From the IMG/VR virus record IMGVR_UViG_3300020047_007062, positions 9,590 through 73,589 of that record: a stretch of 64,000 nucleotides of DNA, one strand, 5' to 3'. The translations under genes and the position numbers were made by a program. Positions 9,301 to 20,200 of the stretch are shown here, piece by piece (positions within the stretch are counted from its first letter, which is position 1; each line of letters opens with the position of its first letter). Source of the DNA: a virus (lineage: Duplodnaviria > Caudoviricetes). The notes beneath the pieces were generated by a model, which saw only the letters and a program-made list of their open reading frames with translations, was not told the DNA's origin and made no database searches.

Positions 9301-12300
9301 GTACTTGCCCCCCGTCAGTTTGGAGAACTCGTTGTAGAAGTCCACAAAGTTGTTAGCGCCCCTCTCCACAAGTTTGGCGGCGATTATAGCCGCGTTCTTG
9401 TACATTTCGGGGTTCAGGAATGGGTTGGCCGACAAGGTTCCTAAAAACTCCTTTTTTGCCCTCTCATACGCCTCATCGGAAACGAGGGTAATCTTGGACT
9501 TGGGCCTCCTCCCCTTCTTCTTTATCCTGTCAAGTTCCTGTTCCAACGTGCTTACCCTCTCCCTCTCGGCCATGAGGGCTTCCATTGCTTCCTCATACCG
9601 TTTGTCGGAGGCAATGGCGTCCTCTATCTCTGCGGCCTTCTTCTCGGCCCCCTTCATGCGGTTCCGATTGCGTTCGGCCAAATCTTTTTTGATCCTGCGG
9701 ATAACGGCGAATGGGGTTGAGAAGTAGAGTTGGCTCAAGTAGGCAATGGCCCTACCCATGTCGCGGCTATACTTGTCGAGGACGTCCATGTACTGACCCA
9801 TCTCGTCGGACAACTTGGCCTTCTCCTTGGGGTCTGTATCCTTGTCGTTGATCTTGGCCCTTAGTTCGACCATCCTCTTACCGATAATAACGGTACGGAG
9901 GTAGGGGGCCATCTTGGTTCCCTCGGTGATTGCTTCCTTGAGGGCTGCATCCAAACCACCCATTGCTTCCACTACTTGGTCGGCCAATGCCTCCATTTCA
10001 TCGAAGGGGAGTTCATCGTATAAACGTCCGAGTTCATCCCCGATTTCCTTGGCGGTTGCCTTGTCCATACCCTCGGCTCGTTCGGTGATGGCTTCAACGA
10101 CTGCCTTCTTGCGGCGCTCCCTATTCTCCTTGTGGGTGTTGGGGTCGGCGGGGTCGGGGAATGGCTTAGGTTCTTCCTCCACCATTTCGGGGATTGCCTT
10201 ACCCAACTTCTCGTCAATGAACTTCATGGCTTCATCGGCCTTGAACTTAGCTTCCTTCCCCTTGAGTTCATCCACCGCTTGTTTGATCTTATCGCGGAGT
10301 TGTTTGGCGGTAATTGTTCCCGCTTTGTAGGCATCCACCAAAGTAGCCACCGTTTCAATCAATCCGTTCCACCGGGGGACGGCAATGCCGAAGGCTACCA
10401 CTTCAACTTGTGGGGCTTCCACTTCTGTTGGACTTAGTAGTTCTTCTACCGCTTTGTCAATAAATTTATTAAACTCTTTATTAAAGTTATTTATGTCATC
10501 AATTTCTGATTGTTCAATATCTTCATCAAATCTTTCTTTCCAAGACTCTATTGTCCAATTATCTTTTCTTTTGCTTTCTTTTAATTTTTTTAATTCCAAT
10601 TCTGCCTTTTTGCTATCTCCTCTTGCGTTTAGTATTCTTATTCTTTTTGCAGCAAGTTCTATTTCTTCGTATTTTACAACTTTACCCAAGTTATCTCTTG
10701 TGATGTCATTTGCTTTAGACCATGATGAAAATTCGTCATCTGATAATTTTGCTATTACATTTTCGTCTTTAAGATTTTTTATTTCTTGTTGAAAATCTGA
10801 ATATTCTTGTAGCAATGCTTTTTCTGCATCCGTTAGGTTTTCATTTAGTTGATTTTGAGCGTTGAATTGTTTTATGCCGATATACCCCAGCTTTTTAGCT
10901 TTTTCATCTAAGGATGATTTTTTACCCTCCAACGCCTTCGCTGTGCTTTCAACGTCTGCAAGCGCAGGTTGGGCGGTTTCCGTGGGGGGTGTTCCTAACA
11001 AACTTTCAACTGCCTCAACCAATTCGGGGTTAGAACCATCAGCCTTGGCGGCATGATACGCTTGGGACACAGTTAATGACGGCGGCCTTTCATCAATAAT
11101 CCACGCCGGGATAAATTCCATTCCCTGCTCTCTCCAAAACCTAATACGGTGATTCCCGTCAAGAATCTGTATGTTCCCATCACTTTCTATTTTTATTTTG
11201 GCAGGAGGCATTCCTCTATTTTTCCCCATTAATTCAGACCAATCATACTCCCCCACTCCTTTTAACGGGCTTTCTTCCTCTGCTAAAACTTCATCAGGAA
11301 CCTCGTTGCTTGGGATATATCCCTCATAAATAAACGCATCTTTCGACGCGCCGTAATCCTTTCGTATAGTCTCCTTTGTGACCTTTGATTCACTATCTTG
11401 TAAATCCCTTGCGGAAAACGCAACATCGGGCGTAGTATCGCTATCATAATCCTGATATGGCACGTCTAAGTAGCCGTCTAATTCCTTCACTTTAGCAACA
11501 TCGGCCATCTCCATTGCCTTCGCCGTGCTTTCAACATCTGCAAGCGCATCAGTTGGCACATCTTGTACACTTTCTGCCGTTTTCTTTACATCTCCCCCCT
11601 CATCTGTAACAATTTCAGCCGTTAATAAATCGGAATATTTGTCATCAAATAATTGCCTAAGTTTTGCAGGTATTTTATTCAATAGTGCTTCATCCCCATA
11701 TAATTTACCTTGAAAATATTGCATTACATAGTCTGCAAAGTTTTCTTCTTGTAATGACGCACTTGTTTCTTTGCCATTACCGCTTTTTTCTTGTGATTCA
11801 TAATGTTTTGCCATTCCCGTTTCAATTGGTAATGACCTAACATAATCCCTTTCTTCTTTAGTTAATTTAGTCCATTCGTGATGCCCTAATTCGTGGCTCA
11901 TTGCATTTGTAACTTGTCTTATGTTTTCAAATGCTGAATTATTATTTAAGTGTATTTTGTTGTCAGAATAATGAGCGAACATTTCTTCTGCTGGTCTATT
12001 TTCACCATGTATTTTAGTCACCCCTAATTTATTGAGTATGTTTAAGAATTTGTTATTTTCTAATAGTATTTTAAGGTGGCTTGCATTCAAGTCTAAATCA
12101 ATTAATGAATTACCAACTTTGTAATAACCACCCTCCGTATGTTCTAAATCGTCTAATTCATAATCCGCCCTTTTTAGCTTCTTATCTCTTGGGCTTAATT
12201 TATCCCACTCTTGTTTTGCTTTTTCAAAGTTTGATAAATGTTGTTCGTTACTAATAATACCTAATTTATCACCAACTTTTTCCTTTACAGGTTCCTTCTC

Positions 12301-15075
12301 CACTACCCCCTCCCCGACGGGTGGGGCCATCAGTTCCTTCATGGCGACCTCAATGGCCGCTATCCTCTCCTCGGCCACGGGGTTGGGTACTGACAACGCC
12401 TTCTGCTGCTCCTCAATCCCCTGCTTCTCCAATTCCAACGCCACCACCTGTGGTTTAACATCCTCCGGCAACCCCTCGGTGGCCTGTTCCACTTCCCACC
12501 ACTTCTCAAGCAACAAACCAACGTCGGGTTGACCCTCCAACAACTTCTGTAATTGTGGATTAAGCGGATCACCCTCTTTGACCTTCTTGGCCAATGAGGA
12601 CAACGCTTGCGCCTCTATGGGAGACACGGGCTTTTTCAAATAGCCACCTGCAACAACGCCACTACCTAACATACCCCCTATTGTACCAACCTCGATAAGG
12701 TCATTGGTTTCGATGGGGTCAAAACGCTGTTCGCCCACAATCGTATTGGCTACTGACTTGTAAATGCCTGACGCGAGTTCTACCGCTACCTCCTCCCCTG
12801 CTTCCTTCCCAAAACCAGTAGTCACCTCAGTCTCGAATGAGGATTTGAGGGCTTGTGACAATGTGTTCTTGTCCCACTTCCCCTTGGCGAGTTCCTTAAT
12901 GAGTGACCCCCTCCACCGTTTGCCCGCGTCTGCCGCCAACTTATTTTCCTGTACCATCACCTCCATGACGGACGTAATAGCTGTCAATGCCATTGACGCT
13001 TGGGCCGCATCCCGTGGGGCAAATCCCGCATCAATGAACTCCCGATAGTTGTCCCCCGCTTGGGTCACAAAGGCCGTCCCAACGATACCCGCAGCACCCA
13101 ATGGGCTTGCCCCTGCGGCCATGAAGGCAGCTAAGTCAACAACACCTGCCGATAGCTTGGGGAGTAGTGTCTCCGCCCCACCCTCATCAAACAATCCTTT
13201 GTTGAGAGATGGGAGTGTCCCGCTTTCGGGGGTAATCATTAAGTCACTCCATTCGGTCATGTTGTCAAAGAGGACGTCGGTTACTCCGTACTCCCCCTCG
13301 GCACCGAAAGCATCGGAAATCACCTTGGGTAATTCAGCCATGTTCCGGCCAACATTCTGTAACCTATTCTGAATAGGTAGGGCTACTTGCTCTTGTAAGA
13401 GGATGAATGGCGTAGCGATTCCAGTCTCCCCCCTTTTGGCAGCCGCATATAATTCTTCCCTCGCCTGTATCGTTGCGTTAATCTCATCTACGTCCTTCTG
13501 TAATTCGGGGAACCGTGGGTCAACCTTTAGATCACCACCCTCGGTGAATAGGGCGAGGTTGTAGGTGTTGAGTACGTCGCTTGCTTCTTGTGCCTTGGCT
13601 ATATCCTCATCGGTTAGACCATACTTGGTAAAGATGGCGTCCTTGGCGGCCTGATTAGCCGCTTCCACCTCCGCTACCTTGGCCTCCATCGCCTTGACTT
13701 TCTTGTACAACGGTTCGGGGAGGGGGCGTATAGTGCCGTCCTCATTACGGTAGGCATCTAATTCGGTGTTTATGGCCGTAATGGCTGCCGCATCGGGGGT
13801 TACAGCCGCTATTTGATACTCATTATTTGCCGCTTCAACGCGCTTAAATAAGTCACGATTCTCAACTTGTAGGGCGTTCTTTTGAAACAGCCTTGCGGTA
13901 GTCAATAACTTGTTTTGTGCCTTTTCTTGGGCATACCCCTGTGGAACCAACTTCCTATCTACAAGGCCATAATCCGCAAGTAGCTTGTTGTTATTGGGGT
14001 CATTCCTTGCCGCGTCGTACTTGTCGGGGTCTGTCACCTGCCAATACCGTAGGGTATTCTTTAGGGCCGCGTAATCCTCATTTTCGGGCGTAACGGGTAC
14101 ATAACTATACTCCCTGAACTCTAATGCCCTGTAATCCTTCATAAACTTCCTCTGCTCATCGGTGAGGGCATCGGGCTTCTCGACTGTGTACGCGGCACGG
14201 GTCTTTTCGGACGCTTCCTCCTTGGCTATGGCCTCATTACGTTCCCGTTCTTGGGCTTCCAACTTGTCAAACATTGCTTTGTTTGCGTTGGTCAGTCCAT
14301 TGGCGGGGTCAATCACTAAAGAGGGGATAGGTGGCTTTTCGAGTTTGGCGTTTAGTTCCGTAGAGGCAGCCATGAACTTGTCAACGGCTGATTCGAGTTT
14401 GGATGCGGGCTTAATCGGTTGCCCCGCCTTCCACCCCTGACCCGTTCCGGTAGCACCAAACCTGACTGGCTTGCCTTCTTCTAAAGGCGTTCCTTTTTTA
14501 TAGCCACCTTCGGCATATTCCTGAGATTCCTTCTCTGTTTTGAAGCTACGAAATTCATCGTTCTTTAATGCGTAATCAATAGCATCGTCAACGCTTAACT
14601 CAACCAACTTGCCATCTTTTTCTACAATGGTTGGAAACGCGATATACTTCCCGTCAACCTCCGCGCTTGCCATTTTATGTGTGCTTGTGGTTCCATCGGG
14701 ATTCTTGATTGATTGAGACGGGTTTAATGCCCGCTTTTCAAAGTTCTTTAGTTTACCCGTTACGGTAGGTGTTTGAGAAGGCTTTTGCGGCTGCTGAACA
14801 GGATTTTTTGAACCGTTTGACCCAACGCCAAAAACGTCCACCACTTCCTGTGGCGTTGGTTCTTTTTTTTTTACGCCATCCACGGGGACTGCGTTTGGCA
14901 TGTCCTTCAAAAATTCCCCAACCTTACTCAATGGAATATTGTACTTCTTATCCCCAACGGTATAGGCCACCACTTCTTCCGCGTCGGGGTAATCGGCCAA
15001 AAATGCCTTTGATTCCTTTTCGGGAATGGCATACACTTTACCTTGTGTCCTATATCGCTTGATTGGGTCTTGCAT
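6361..15075 (-). CDS. giant (2904 aa) putative ejection/polyvalent virion protein
   Basis: third and largest gene after the tail genes; helical; carries HExxH and ParB-like inserts. Confidence 0.7.
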   Translation of the reverse strand: MQDPIKRYRTQGKVYAIPEKESKAFLADYPDAEEVVAYTVGDKKYNIPLSKVGEFLKDMPNAVPVDGVKKKEPTPQEVVDVFGVGSNGSKNPVQQPQKPSQTPTVTGKLKNFEKRALNPSQSIKNPDGTTSTHKMASAEVDGKYIAFPTIVEKDGKLVELSVDDAIDYALKNDEFRSFKTEKESQEYAEGGYKKGTPLEEGKPVRFGATGTGQGWKAGQPIKPASKLESAVDKFMAASTELNAKLEKPPIPSLVIDPANGLTNANKAMFDKLEAQERERNEAIAKEEASEKTRAAYTVEKPDALTDEQRKFMKDYRALEFREYSYVPVTPENEDYAALKNTLRYWQVTDPDKYDAARNDPNNNKLLADYGLVDRKLVPQGYAQEKAQNKLLTTARLFQKNALQVENRDLFKRVEAANNEYQIAAVTPDAAAITAINTELDAYRNEDGTIRPLPEPLYKKVKAMEAKVAEVEAANQAAKDAIFTKYGLTDEDIAKAQEASDVLNTYNLALFTEGGDLKVDPRFPELQKDVDEINATIQAREELYAAAKRGETGIATPFILLQEQVALPIQNRLQNVGRNMAELPKVISDAFGAEGEYGVTDVLFDNMTEWSDLMITPESGTLPSLNKGLFDEGGAETLLPKLSAGVVDLAAFMAAGASPLGAAGIVGTAFVTQAGDNYREFIDAGFAPRDAAQASMALTAITSVMEVMVQENKLAADAGKRWRGSLIKELAKGKWDKNTLSQALKSSFETEVTTGFGKEAGEEVAVELASGIYKSVANTIVGEQRFDPIETNDLIEVGTIGGMLGSGVVAGGYLKKPVSPIEAQALSSLAKKVKEGDPLNPQLQKLLEGQPDVGLLLEKWWEVEQATEGLPEDVKPQVVALELEKQGIEEQQKALSVPNPVAEERIAAIEVAMKELMAPPVGEGVVEKEPVKEKVGDKLGIISNEQHLSNFEKAKQEWDKLSPRDKKLKRADYELDDLEHTEGGYYKVGNSLIDLDLNASHLKILLENNKFLNILNKLGVTKIHGENRPAEEMFAHYSDNKIHLNNNSAFENIRQVTNAMSHELGHHEWTKLTKEERDYVRSLPIETGMAKHYESQEKSGNGKETSASLQEENFADYVMQYFQGKLYGDEALLNKIPAKLRQLFDDKYSDLLTAEIVTDEGGDVKKTAESVQDVPTDALADVESTAKAMEMADVAKVKELDGYLDVPYQDYDSDTTPDVAFSARDLQDSESKVTKETIRKDYGASKDAFIYEGYIPSNEVPDEVLAEEESPLKGVGEYDWSELMGKNRGMPPAKIKIESDGNIQILDGNHRIRFWREQGMEFIPAWIIDERPPSLTVSQAYHAAKADGSNPELVEAVESLLGTPPTETAQPALADVESTAKALEGKKSSLDEKAKKLGYIGIKQFNAQNQLNENLTDAEKALLQEYSDFQQEIKNLKDENVIAKLSDDEFSSWSKANDITRDNLGKVVKYEEIELAAKRIRILNARGDSKKAELELKKLKESKRKDNWTIESWKERFDEDIEQSEIDDINNFNKEFNKFIDKAVEELLSPTEVEAPQVEVVAFGIAVPRWNGLIETVATLVDAYKAGTITAKQLRDKIKQAVDELKGKEAKFKADEAMKFIDEKLGKAIPEMVEEEPKPFPDPADPNTHKENRERRKKAVVEAITERAEGMDKATAKEIGDELGRLYDELPFDEMEALADQVVEAMGGLDAALKEAITEGTKMAPYLRTVIIGKRMVELRAKINDKDTDPKEKAKLSDEMGQYMDVLDKYSRDMGRAIAYLSQLYFSTPFAVIRRIKKDLAERNRNRMKGAEKKAAEIEDAIASDKRYEEAMEALMAERERVSTLEQELDRIKKKGRRPKSKITLVSDEAYERAKKEFLGTLSANPFLNPEMYKNAAIIAAKLVERGANNFVDFYNEFSKLTGGKYKEDIAEFYKNVRQDLVDMGYPMSDLSTDEEVDEAMALISEKEGGKKKVSVDKKIRQALIDMGLFTESTIKGKKVVRVNWSPLVQGSKNADDALNKIREALVPKVGEQAADQFITEISPRFRELHRQKQESAINRLIGSRKRKKGIRKTRIDKLIEAHNIGALKRADVLAELADYLGIKSMTKEDEDWMEEQLRKIDEAPRGFEREGLEEEFTARLLQLQHEFTTRRFQDFMKSGMLAGYITTLKNLTGFFELPPMYLHHSLLNLYSSLGRGKKPDVNVNKAVARAIKPALRTALDILLRGGVDLGSAYSEITETKEGSPRVRTLEFSPAEYTTLLGKYYSKMQGVNKYVGRVLSFPDTLNQVLLQEMQTYTFIKHKLMIEEPALSMEALEAKTLEMMYPVTLEDAIEQAEADYAKMGINLGDNAKDNNRFMRRVYEIIVQGRGQEIVKEAAYFANRNTYKSQEQYGISRLTIGMLDAIVSVLKSITKKIVTTTTSKFAEDFFRFVQVLIDTITGTIIPFIKGVGNIVEKTLEYIPTYGYTKGAGYMTAAAYKRLVEGDKLGAMKSFQHGHEFIVRASIGLAVRTLALLAYAMFDEDDEEDEVKSPFFGSGSGDWKRSKTESVTRPKDAVRIGNYNIPFEALGTMGGAIRAEAIYADLNRYVDNFEDLTFTDRTWQYMTKMASDIIVDGQLGGIRDITSRYDDPKYLKNLIADMSTRALIPLVQTSRQLEQTIHPQAKSPITFGDYVKKNMGLFGGWALDKPAYDYRGREYKTGDIYANSVNGWLTMFKEKQMGDKVDKFVSDYYPRVLNVREDLEPYKVFDPSQRYGLRTMTEKELYEYGLEKAKKFDALVKAYYATNPVGQKERRIDAMLQEDSKQTRDDIYKQYVAAATFEQLRKAKRELTDRGITSEDPNYEAKLGKELVDIRERDEIKREISEINTLSNKAAFATMTAKWGNAPSDRDLEGDIQKYNAALEGYKP
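10934..10966. repeat. 33-bp direct repeat, copy 1 (encodes ALADVESTAKA)
   Basis: gccttcgctgtgctttcaacgtctgcaagcgca; 31/33 identical to 11516-11548. Confidence 0.9.
11516..11548. repeat. 33-bp direct repeat, copy 2 (encodes ALADVESTAKA)
   Basis: gccttcgccgtgctttcaacatctgcaagcgca; 582 bp (194 codons) from copy 1. Confidence 0.9.
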
Positions 15076-15077
15076 TG

Positions 15078-16361
15078 TTATTCCTCGTATTTATCCCACT
15101 TGTTCTTGTTGGCTGCGGGTGCTTTAGGCTTTTGTAGCGGCTTCTTCTGTACAGCCCACATCTCGGTTGCCTCTATGGGGTCTGCGCCCAAATAGGTCAC
15201 AATACGCCCGTAATTCACATCCTCATTCGAACGGTCAAAGGGTACTTCTTCAACAATATCCTTCTTAACTGTCTTTCCATCAATACCTTCAACCATCTCC
15301 GTATCTGTTGCGAACTCCGCTATGTAACGGGGTGAGGCATCCTCCCCCAAGTCCTTGTAACCAATGAACACGCCCTGCCACTTGTTATCGGGGCCATAGA
15401 ACTTCTTAGCCTCCGTGGTTCCAGACTGACGGGTAAAGGGTACATACTTGATCGTCCCATCGGCGTTGTAAACGGGCGTGGCCGTGTAGTCCCCCAACGT
15501 GAACCACTTGTCGTATGCCGTAAAATTACCTGCTGCCTCAGTAACGGTTGGTCGTGGCCCCACAGGCACAGGCAAGTCCCTCTCGATCTTGGGGGGTTGG
15601 CTTGCCCGCACAATGGTCTTAAATTCCTCTATATCCTTCCAATACCCCTTGTCAATACCACGCTGAATGGCGGCCATCCCGTCGGGGGCAGCAATGAATG
15701 AATCCATCTTAACCTCCAACGCCTTATCATCCACCTGCTCTACAATGTGCCGCCCGTCCTGTGTCACGGTTCTCTCCATGATGAGGGGTTCAATAATATC
15801 CGACGGGTTGAACTTGCGGATCAGCATCGGTTTACTCTTAGCAAACTTTAATGCCTCCGTCAGTCCCTCCGCCGTGGGGGGAAAGCTGGTTAGCTTCTCA
15901 TAATTGTCATAGGTCTCCGCATCCAATTCCTTGGACTTGTAGGGGTCATTCAGGGCGGATTCAACCATCTTAACGGCGTTCTTGTACTCCTCGGCCATTG
16001 CCGCGAAACGGTCAACGGCCCCCACGCTCTCGGTATATCCCGCCATCACTTTGGGGTCACTCCATGAACCCGTCTCCATTGCCAAATCCACTACCCCTTT
16101 GAGTTTCTCATTGCGGAGTTGTAACCCCGCCGTGGCGTACTTCGCTTCGGGTGGTTTGTAATCAATGGACATGAATTTGTCCTGCAACTCCTGTTCGCGC
16201 TTGACGCGGGCTGCTTCCTGCGCTTGGGCCGTGGCGTACTTCTGTTTGTAGAAGTCAATGAACATGGAGGGGATGGCAGAACTGTCGAGTATCTGCGCGG
16301 CCCCCGAACCCTCGCGGCCCAATGCTACATTTGAAAGTGGTGCTGTCATAGTTATCGCCAC
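15078..16361 (-). CDS. putative ejection/internal virion protein
   Basis: 427 aa, located between the pilot-like protein and the giant protein. Confidence 0.55.
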   Translation of the reverse strand: MAITMTAPLSNVALGREGSGAAQILDSSAIPSMFIDFYKQKYATAQAQEAARVKREQELQDKFMSIDYKPPEAKYATAGLQLRNEKLKGVVDLAMETGSWSDPKVMAGYTESVGAVDRFAAMAEEYKNAVKMVESALNDPYKSKELDAETYDNYEKLTSFPPTAEGLTEALKFAKSKPMLIRKFNPSDIIEPLIMERTVTQDGRHIVEQVDDKALEVKMDSFIAAPDGMAAIQRGIDKGYWKDIEEFKTIVRASQPPKIERDLPVPVGPRPTVTEAAGNFTAYDKWFTLGDYTATPVYNADGTIKYVPFTRQSGTTEAKKFYGPDNKWQGVFIGYKDLGEDASPRYIAEFATDTEMVEGIDGKTVKKDIVEEVPFDRSNEDVNYGRIVTYLGADPIEATEMWAVQKKPLQKPKAPAANKNKWDKYEE

Positions 16362-17233
16362 GGATTAAAATATGAGGGCATCCTGAATCCACCTGTTTGA
16401 TACGGCAACGGTATCTCCCCCGTGGGGGTAGCCGCTCCCGTCCCTGTTAGTCCTGTTGTACGTGGTGCAACTCCCATTGGTACTGTCACATCCATTGGGG
16501 AATGGCTGTATGGAACCTGATCTCCCCACGATGGTGGTGGTGGAGGCGTTGGTGCCACCGCATTTTTAACCATCCCGTCAAACATGGTGGACGCGGGGGG
16601 TGTCATTGCCTTTGAGGCAGCAAGCCCCAATAGCGCACCATTCATCCCGCTGCCACCACCTGATGATCCCAATGTTTCAAGCAAGTCTTTGTACATGATG
16701 TCAGCGGCCCATACCTGACCTGCGCCCTGTAATGCGCCCGCTGTGTTCTGAATACCCGAACCAATGAGGGCTGACTTGGTGGCCGCATCCTCCAAATACT
16801 TTTGTTGGTAATCCCACGCCCACTTGTCCTTCTGCCATTGGGCCATGTGACCCAATTCGCTCCTTAGTATCTCCCTGCGGCGTTCCATGTCTTGTGCGTT
16901 CTGAATGTCCAAAGCGGTTTTCTGACCCATCCCGATTGCCGAAGCGTTGGTGAGGGCTTCAAGTGCCTGACCCGAACCCGTGCTGACCCTCCCTGCCGAA
17001 CTACTCATGGTTCCCAAAGTGCGGTCAATATTGCTCATGGCTTGGTCATACCCCGCCATCTTGGACTGACCTGCTCCCAACTGCGCGAGGGACAATGCGT
17101 CCTTGGCCCCTTGGGGTATGGGCATTTCGGGGCGGTCAACATTCATGTTGCCTCCCTTAAAGAGTTGATAGACGCCCGTTAGTAGTTGGGGCGCTTGTGA
17201 GAGTAGTCCTACTGTTAGTGCGCTTATCGGCAT
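16352..17233 (-). CDS. putative pilot-like ejection protein
   Basis: Gly/Ala/Gln-rich; ALIGSGIQNTAGALQGAG; follows the stabilisation protein. Confidence 0.6.
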   Translation of the reverse strand: MPISALTVGLLSQAPQLLTGVYQLFKGGNMNVDRPEMPIPQGAKDALSLAQLGAGQSKMAGYDQAMSNIDRTLGTMSSSAGRVSTGSGQALEALTNASAIGMGQKTALDIQNAQDMERRREILRSELGHMAQWQKDKWAWDYQQKYLEDAATKSALIGSGIQNTAGALQGAGQVWAADIMYKDLLETLGSSGGGSGMNGALLGLAASKAMTPPASTMFDGMVKNAVAPTPPPPPSWGDQVPYSHSPMDVTVPMGVAPRTTGLTGTGAATPTGEIPLPYQTGGFRMPSYFNPWR

Positions 17234-17235
17234 GG

Positions 17236-20200
17236 TTACATTTTTGGGGGTCTTACAAAATAACGGGTTGCCACAAAGGTAATGATTTGCTGCACGGTAA
17301 AATCATCCCCCGTGAGAGAGACGTACAAATAATATCCCTCCATCGGATCACCATTCAATCTCGCCTCATCCTGTGACACAAAATTGGGGGTAATGGAACT
17401 GTATGGGATATTCACCCAATAGGTCTGTTCAAGCAATTCCCACCACGCCTCGCTCCAATCTGTTGACTGTGCGCCCGTAGCCATTGTATTATAGGCAGCC
17501 GCATTTTCAGCCGTAACAGCCATCGCCAATATGCTCTTTAACCCCATCGCGGTAAATTGCTTGTTGAGCATCGGTTCGGGGTTGACAATGAATAGAACAT
17601 AGTAGTCATACTCCTCACCGTAGAACGAATTGTAACCGCCCGCGTTCTCCGTATATGGGACGCCATCGAGGTGGTTAAATGTCACGAACATATTGCCCGC
17701 TGACAATCCCCCCGCCGTGGGTAATGGGTCTTTGCGAACCCAACGCCTACGGTAACGGTTAAAGACGTGTTGCTCCCCAACCCACGAGGTAGATGTCTCC
17801 GTGTTGCAAGCCACTATTTTATACTCATTGTATTGGCGGTCAAACAGTCCCAACACCAACTGATAGGAGGTATTTATAGCATCACTCAACTGCGATATGG
17901 CCGAATTATACTTGTAGTCCCCCTTGCTGATCGGGATAAGCCCACCCCCCGCGTTCTCAATCACCTGACCACCATTGCGGTCAAGCCAATAGACGGCCCC
18001 ATTCTCATGGATCACCGTCAGGGGGTCAATACAACCAGCCGCGTACTCATAATACCTCACGTTACCAAACGCTTGGGGTGAGGCGAGGACGGTATCTCCC
18101 GCGCCGGGGTTGGCGGCAAGTACCGAATCGGTATAGATGGCGCATGAATGCCTCTGTTGGTTTACAACGAGAGTATTAGCACTCATGGTCAATGCGGTCA
18201 CAGCCCCATACAGACTATTCAAGTTCTGTTCGGTGAGCAAACTAATCTTGTTTAACCCGTTATTCTCCGTGTCCTGAATGAAGGGGAACGAATGGTTGAC
18301 GGCACTCTCCAAATGGAGGCGCTTGGCGTTAATGTCATACAATGCCAAACGGCCACGGGAGGTCAAATCACTATCCCAAAAATCACTCATGCGGGTGTCC
18401 TCCACCCAATAGGAGGCCCAATTCATGCCGGGGACTGTGCCGATGGCTACCCCCATTGGGCGGCAGCGTATCCACGCATCCCAATATCCCAATGTCTGTA
18501 TGGCGGGTGTACCCCCATTCTGATTCTGTGTGTTACCCTCGTGGGCGCGGGATGAAGTGTGGGGGAAACGGACGTTCTGCCACTCCCCCATCTCGTACCA
18601 CAAACCATTGTCGTCTGCGGGGGCTTGCCTGAATATTTCAAGCAACGCACCCGTACCCGTAGCGTTAGACGTGTTGGCCAATAACGTTCCCCATTCAAAG
18701 AGGTCAACCCAAATGGCGGCGCTGCTATTGAATCCCCCCACGGGGTCATACTTGCGGACAGTCATGGTGACGGTCTCACTTACCTTGTCGTGGTTGGTAT
18801 TGGGCGTTACCGCGTTGAGAACCGATTTAGTCCTGAACCTGACCTGATCTCCCACTTCGGGGACGTAGTTATAGGTTGCCCCCTTGTATAGGTCAGTGTA
18901 TTGCTTTTCGAGGCTTATACGAACAAGTCCGGGTGTCAAGGGATCATTCAACACCTCGTATGCCGAAGTCTGCATAAATGACTGCAAAGTGCCGTCATTC
19001 TTTGATACCACACACCAATGCGTTGCCCATTCGGGCGGCACATGGCTTATAGTCATTTTCCCCGTCACGTAGTAAGGGTTGTTGGGGTCTGAAAAGGCAG
19101 ACGTATCTTCTTCCGGCGGGTTGAGGATGTTGAGGATCATGGAGGGGTCGGTAATCACCGCGCACTCCCTGTTGACCACATCCAAATATTTTATGCCTAT
19201 CTGCCGCTTAGTCCCCGTCTTCAACGTGGGAACCGCATAAGTGGGTCTCATCACAAAGCACTTAGCGGGGGACGAAACAAGTTGAAAAGCCAAAGTGAAA
19301 TTAGGCGTACCCGGAATCATTGCCGCCATTGTTGGTGGCCCTGATGCGTTGTACGCTGTCACAAAGGCCGTAATCACGTTAATGTGCTTTTGGGCATCCG
19401 TACCCACCCCGAAGTCACCCGCTTGTATTGTGTATGAGAATGAGTACGGGTAATCGGTTGCCGCATCATACGTATAGAATAGCCAAATAACATCATCAAC
19501 CATGTACGGCAAACCCGACGTCACCAATGATTTGAATGTCCTAACCAATGTACCCGTATTGGTTTCTATCTTAAACTGTGGAGCAAACCGATTAACCGTG
19601 GTTATCTCCGTTATGTCATAATCACAAACCACCGAGGGGTCAACGAGGTCAAACTCCCTGTAATAGTCCCCAAAGGCCAATACACCACTCGGCATGGCCT
19701 CAATGGTACGGGCCGACTGTGGGACATCGTAGTAGTTAGGCTCACTATCGGATAGCGGAACCACCGCCTTGTCATTGGTGAACACAACGGTGTAGAAAGT
19801 GTCGTTACCGATACCCTCATCGTCCTTATTTAGTTCCTCGAATATCCCGAAGGGGCCACCATCTACACTCACCGCCACCCTTATGGCCGTCACTATGTAC
19901 GAACCCGTGGGGACATCTATCTCTATTGTGTTATTGAGGTAAGTTGTACTCTGATTCCCGTTCCAAAACTCACTCCCTTGGGGAATGGGAACCTTGGTTA
20001 TGTATGACCACGAAGATTCCTCCCCGTTGTCGTACACAAATTGTACGCGGAACTTGAACTGATGCCTGTATAGCCCGTTGATGGATAATGTGGCGTCGTC
20101 AGCATAGGCAACCTGTATCTGATCTACGGGCGGTTGCTTGGCGAGGTTAAGTATCTGTGCTGTAACGGACGTATAATCCCCCGCGAGTGCCTTACTGATA

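Noticed and set aside
11435-11465. DYDSD in the giant protein as an RNA polymerase DxDxD motif
   Set aside because: Lacks the flanking context (G.DFDID / NADFDGD) and lies in the ParB-like insert
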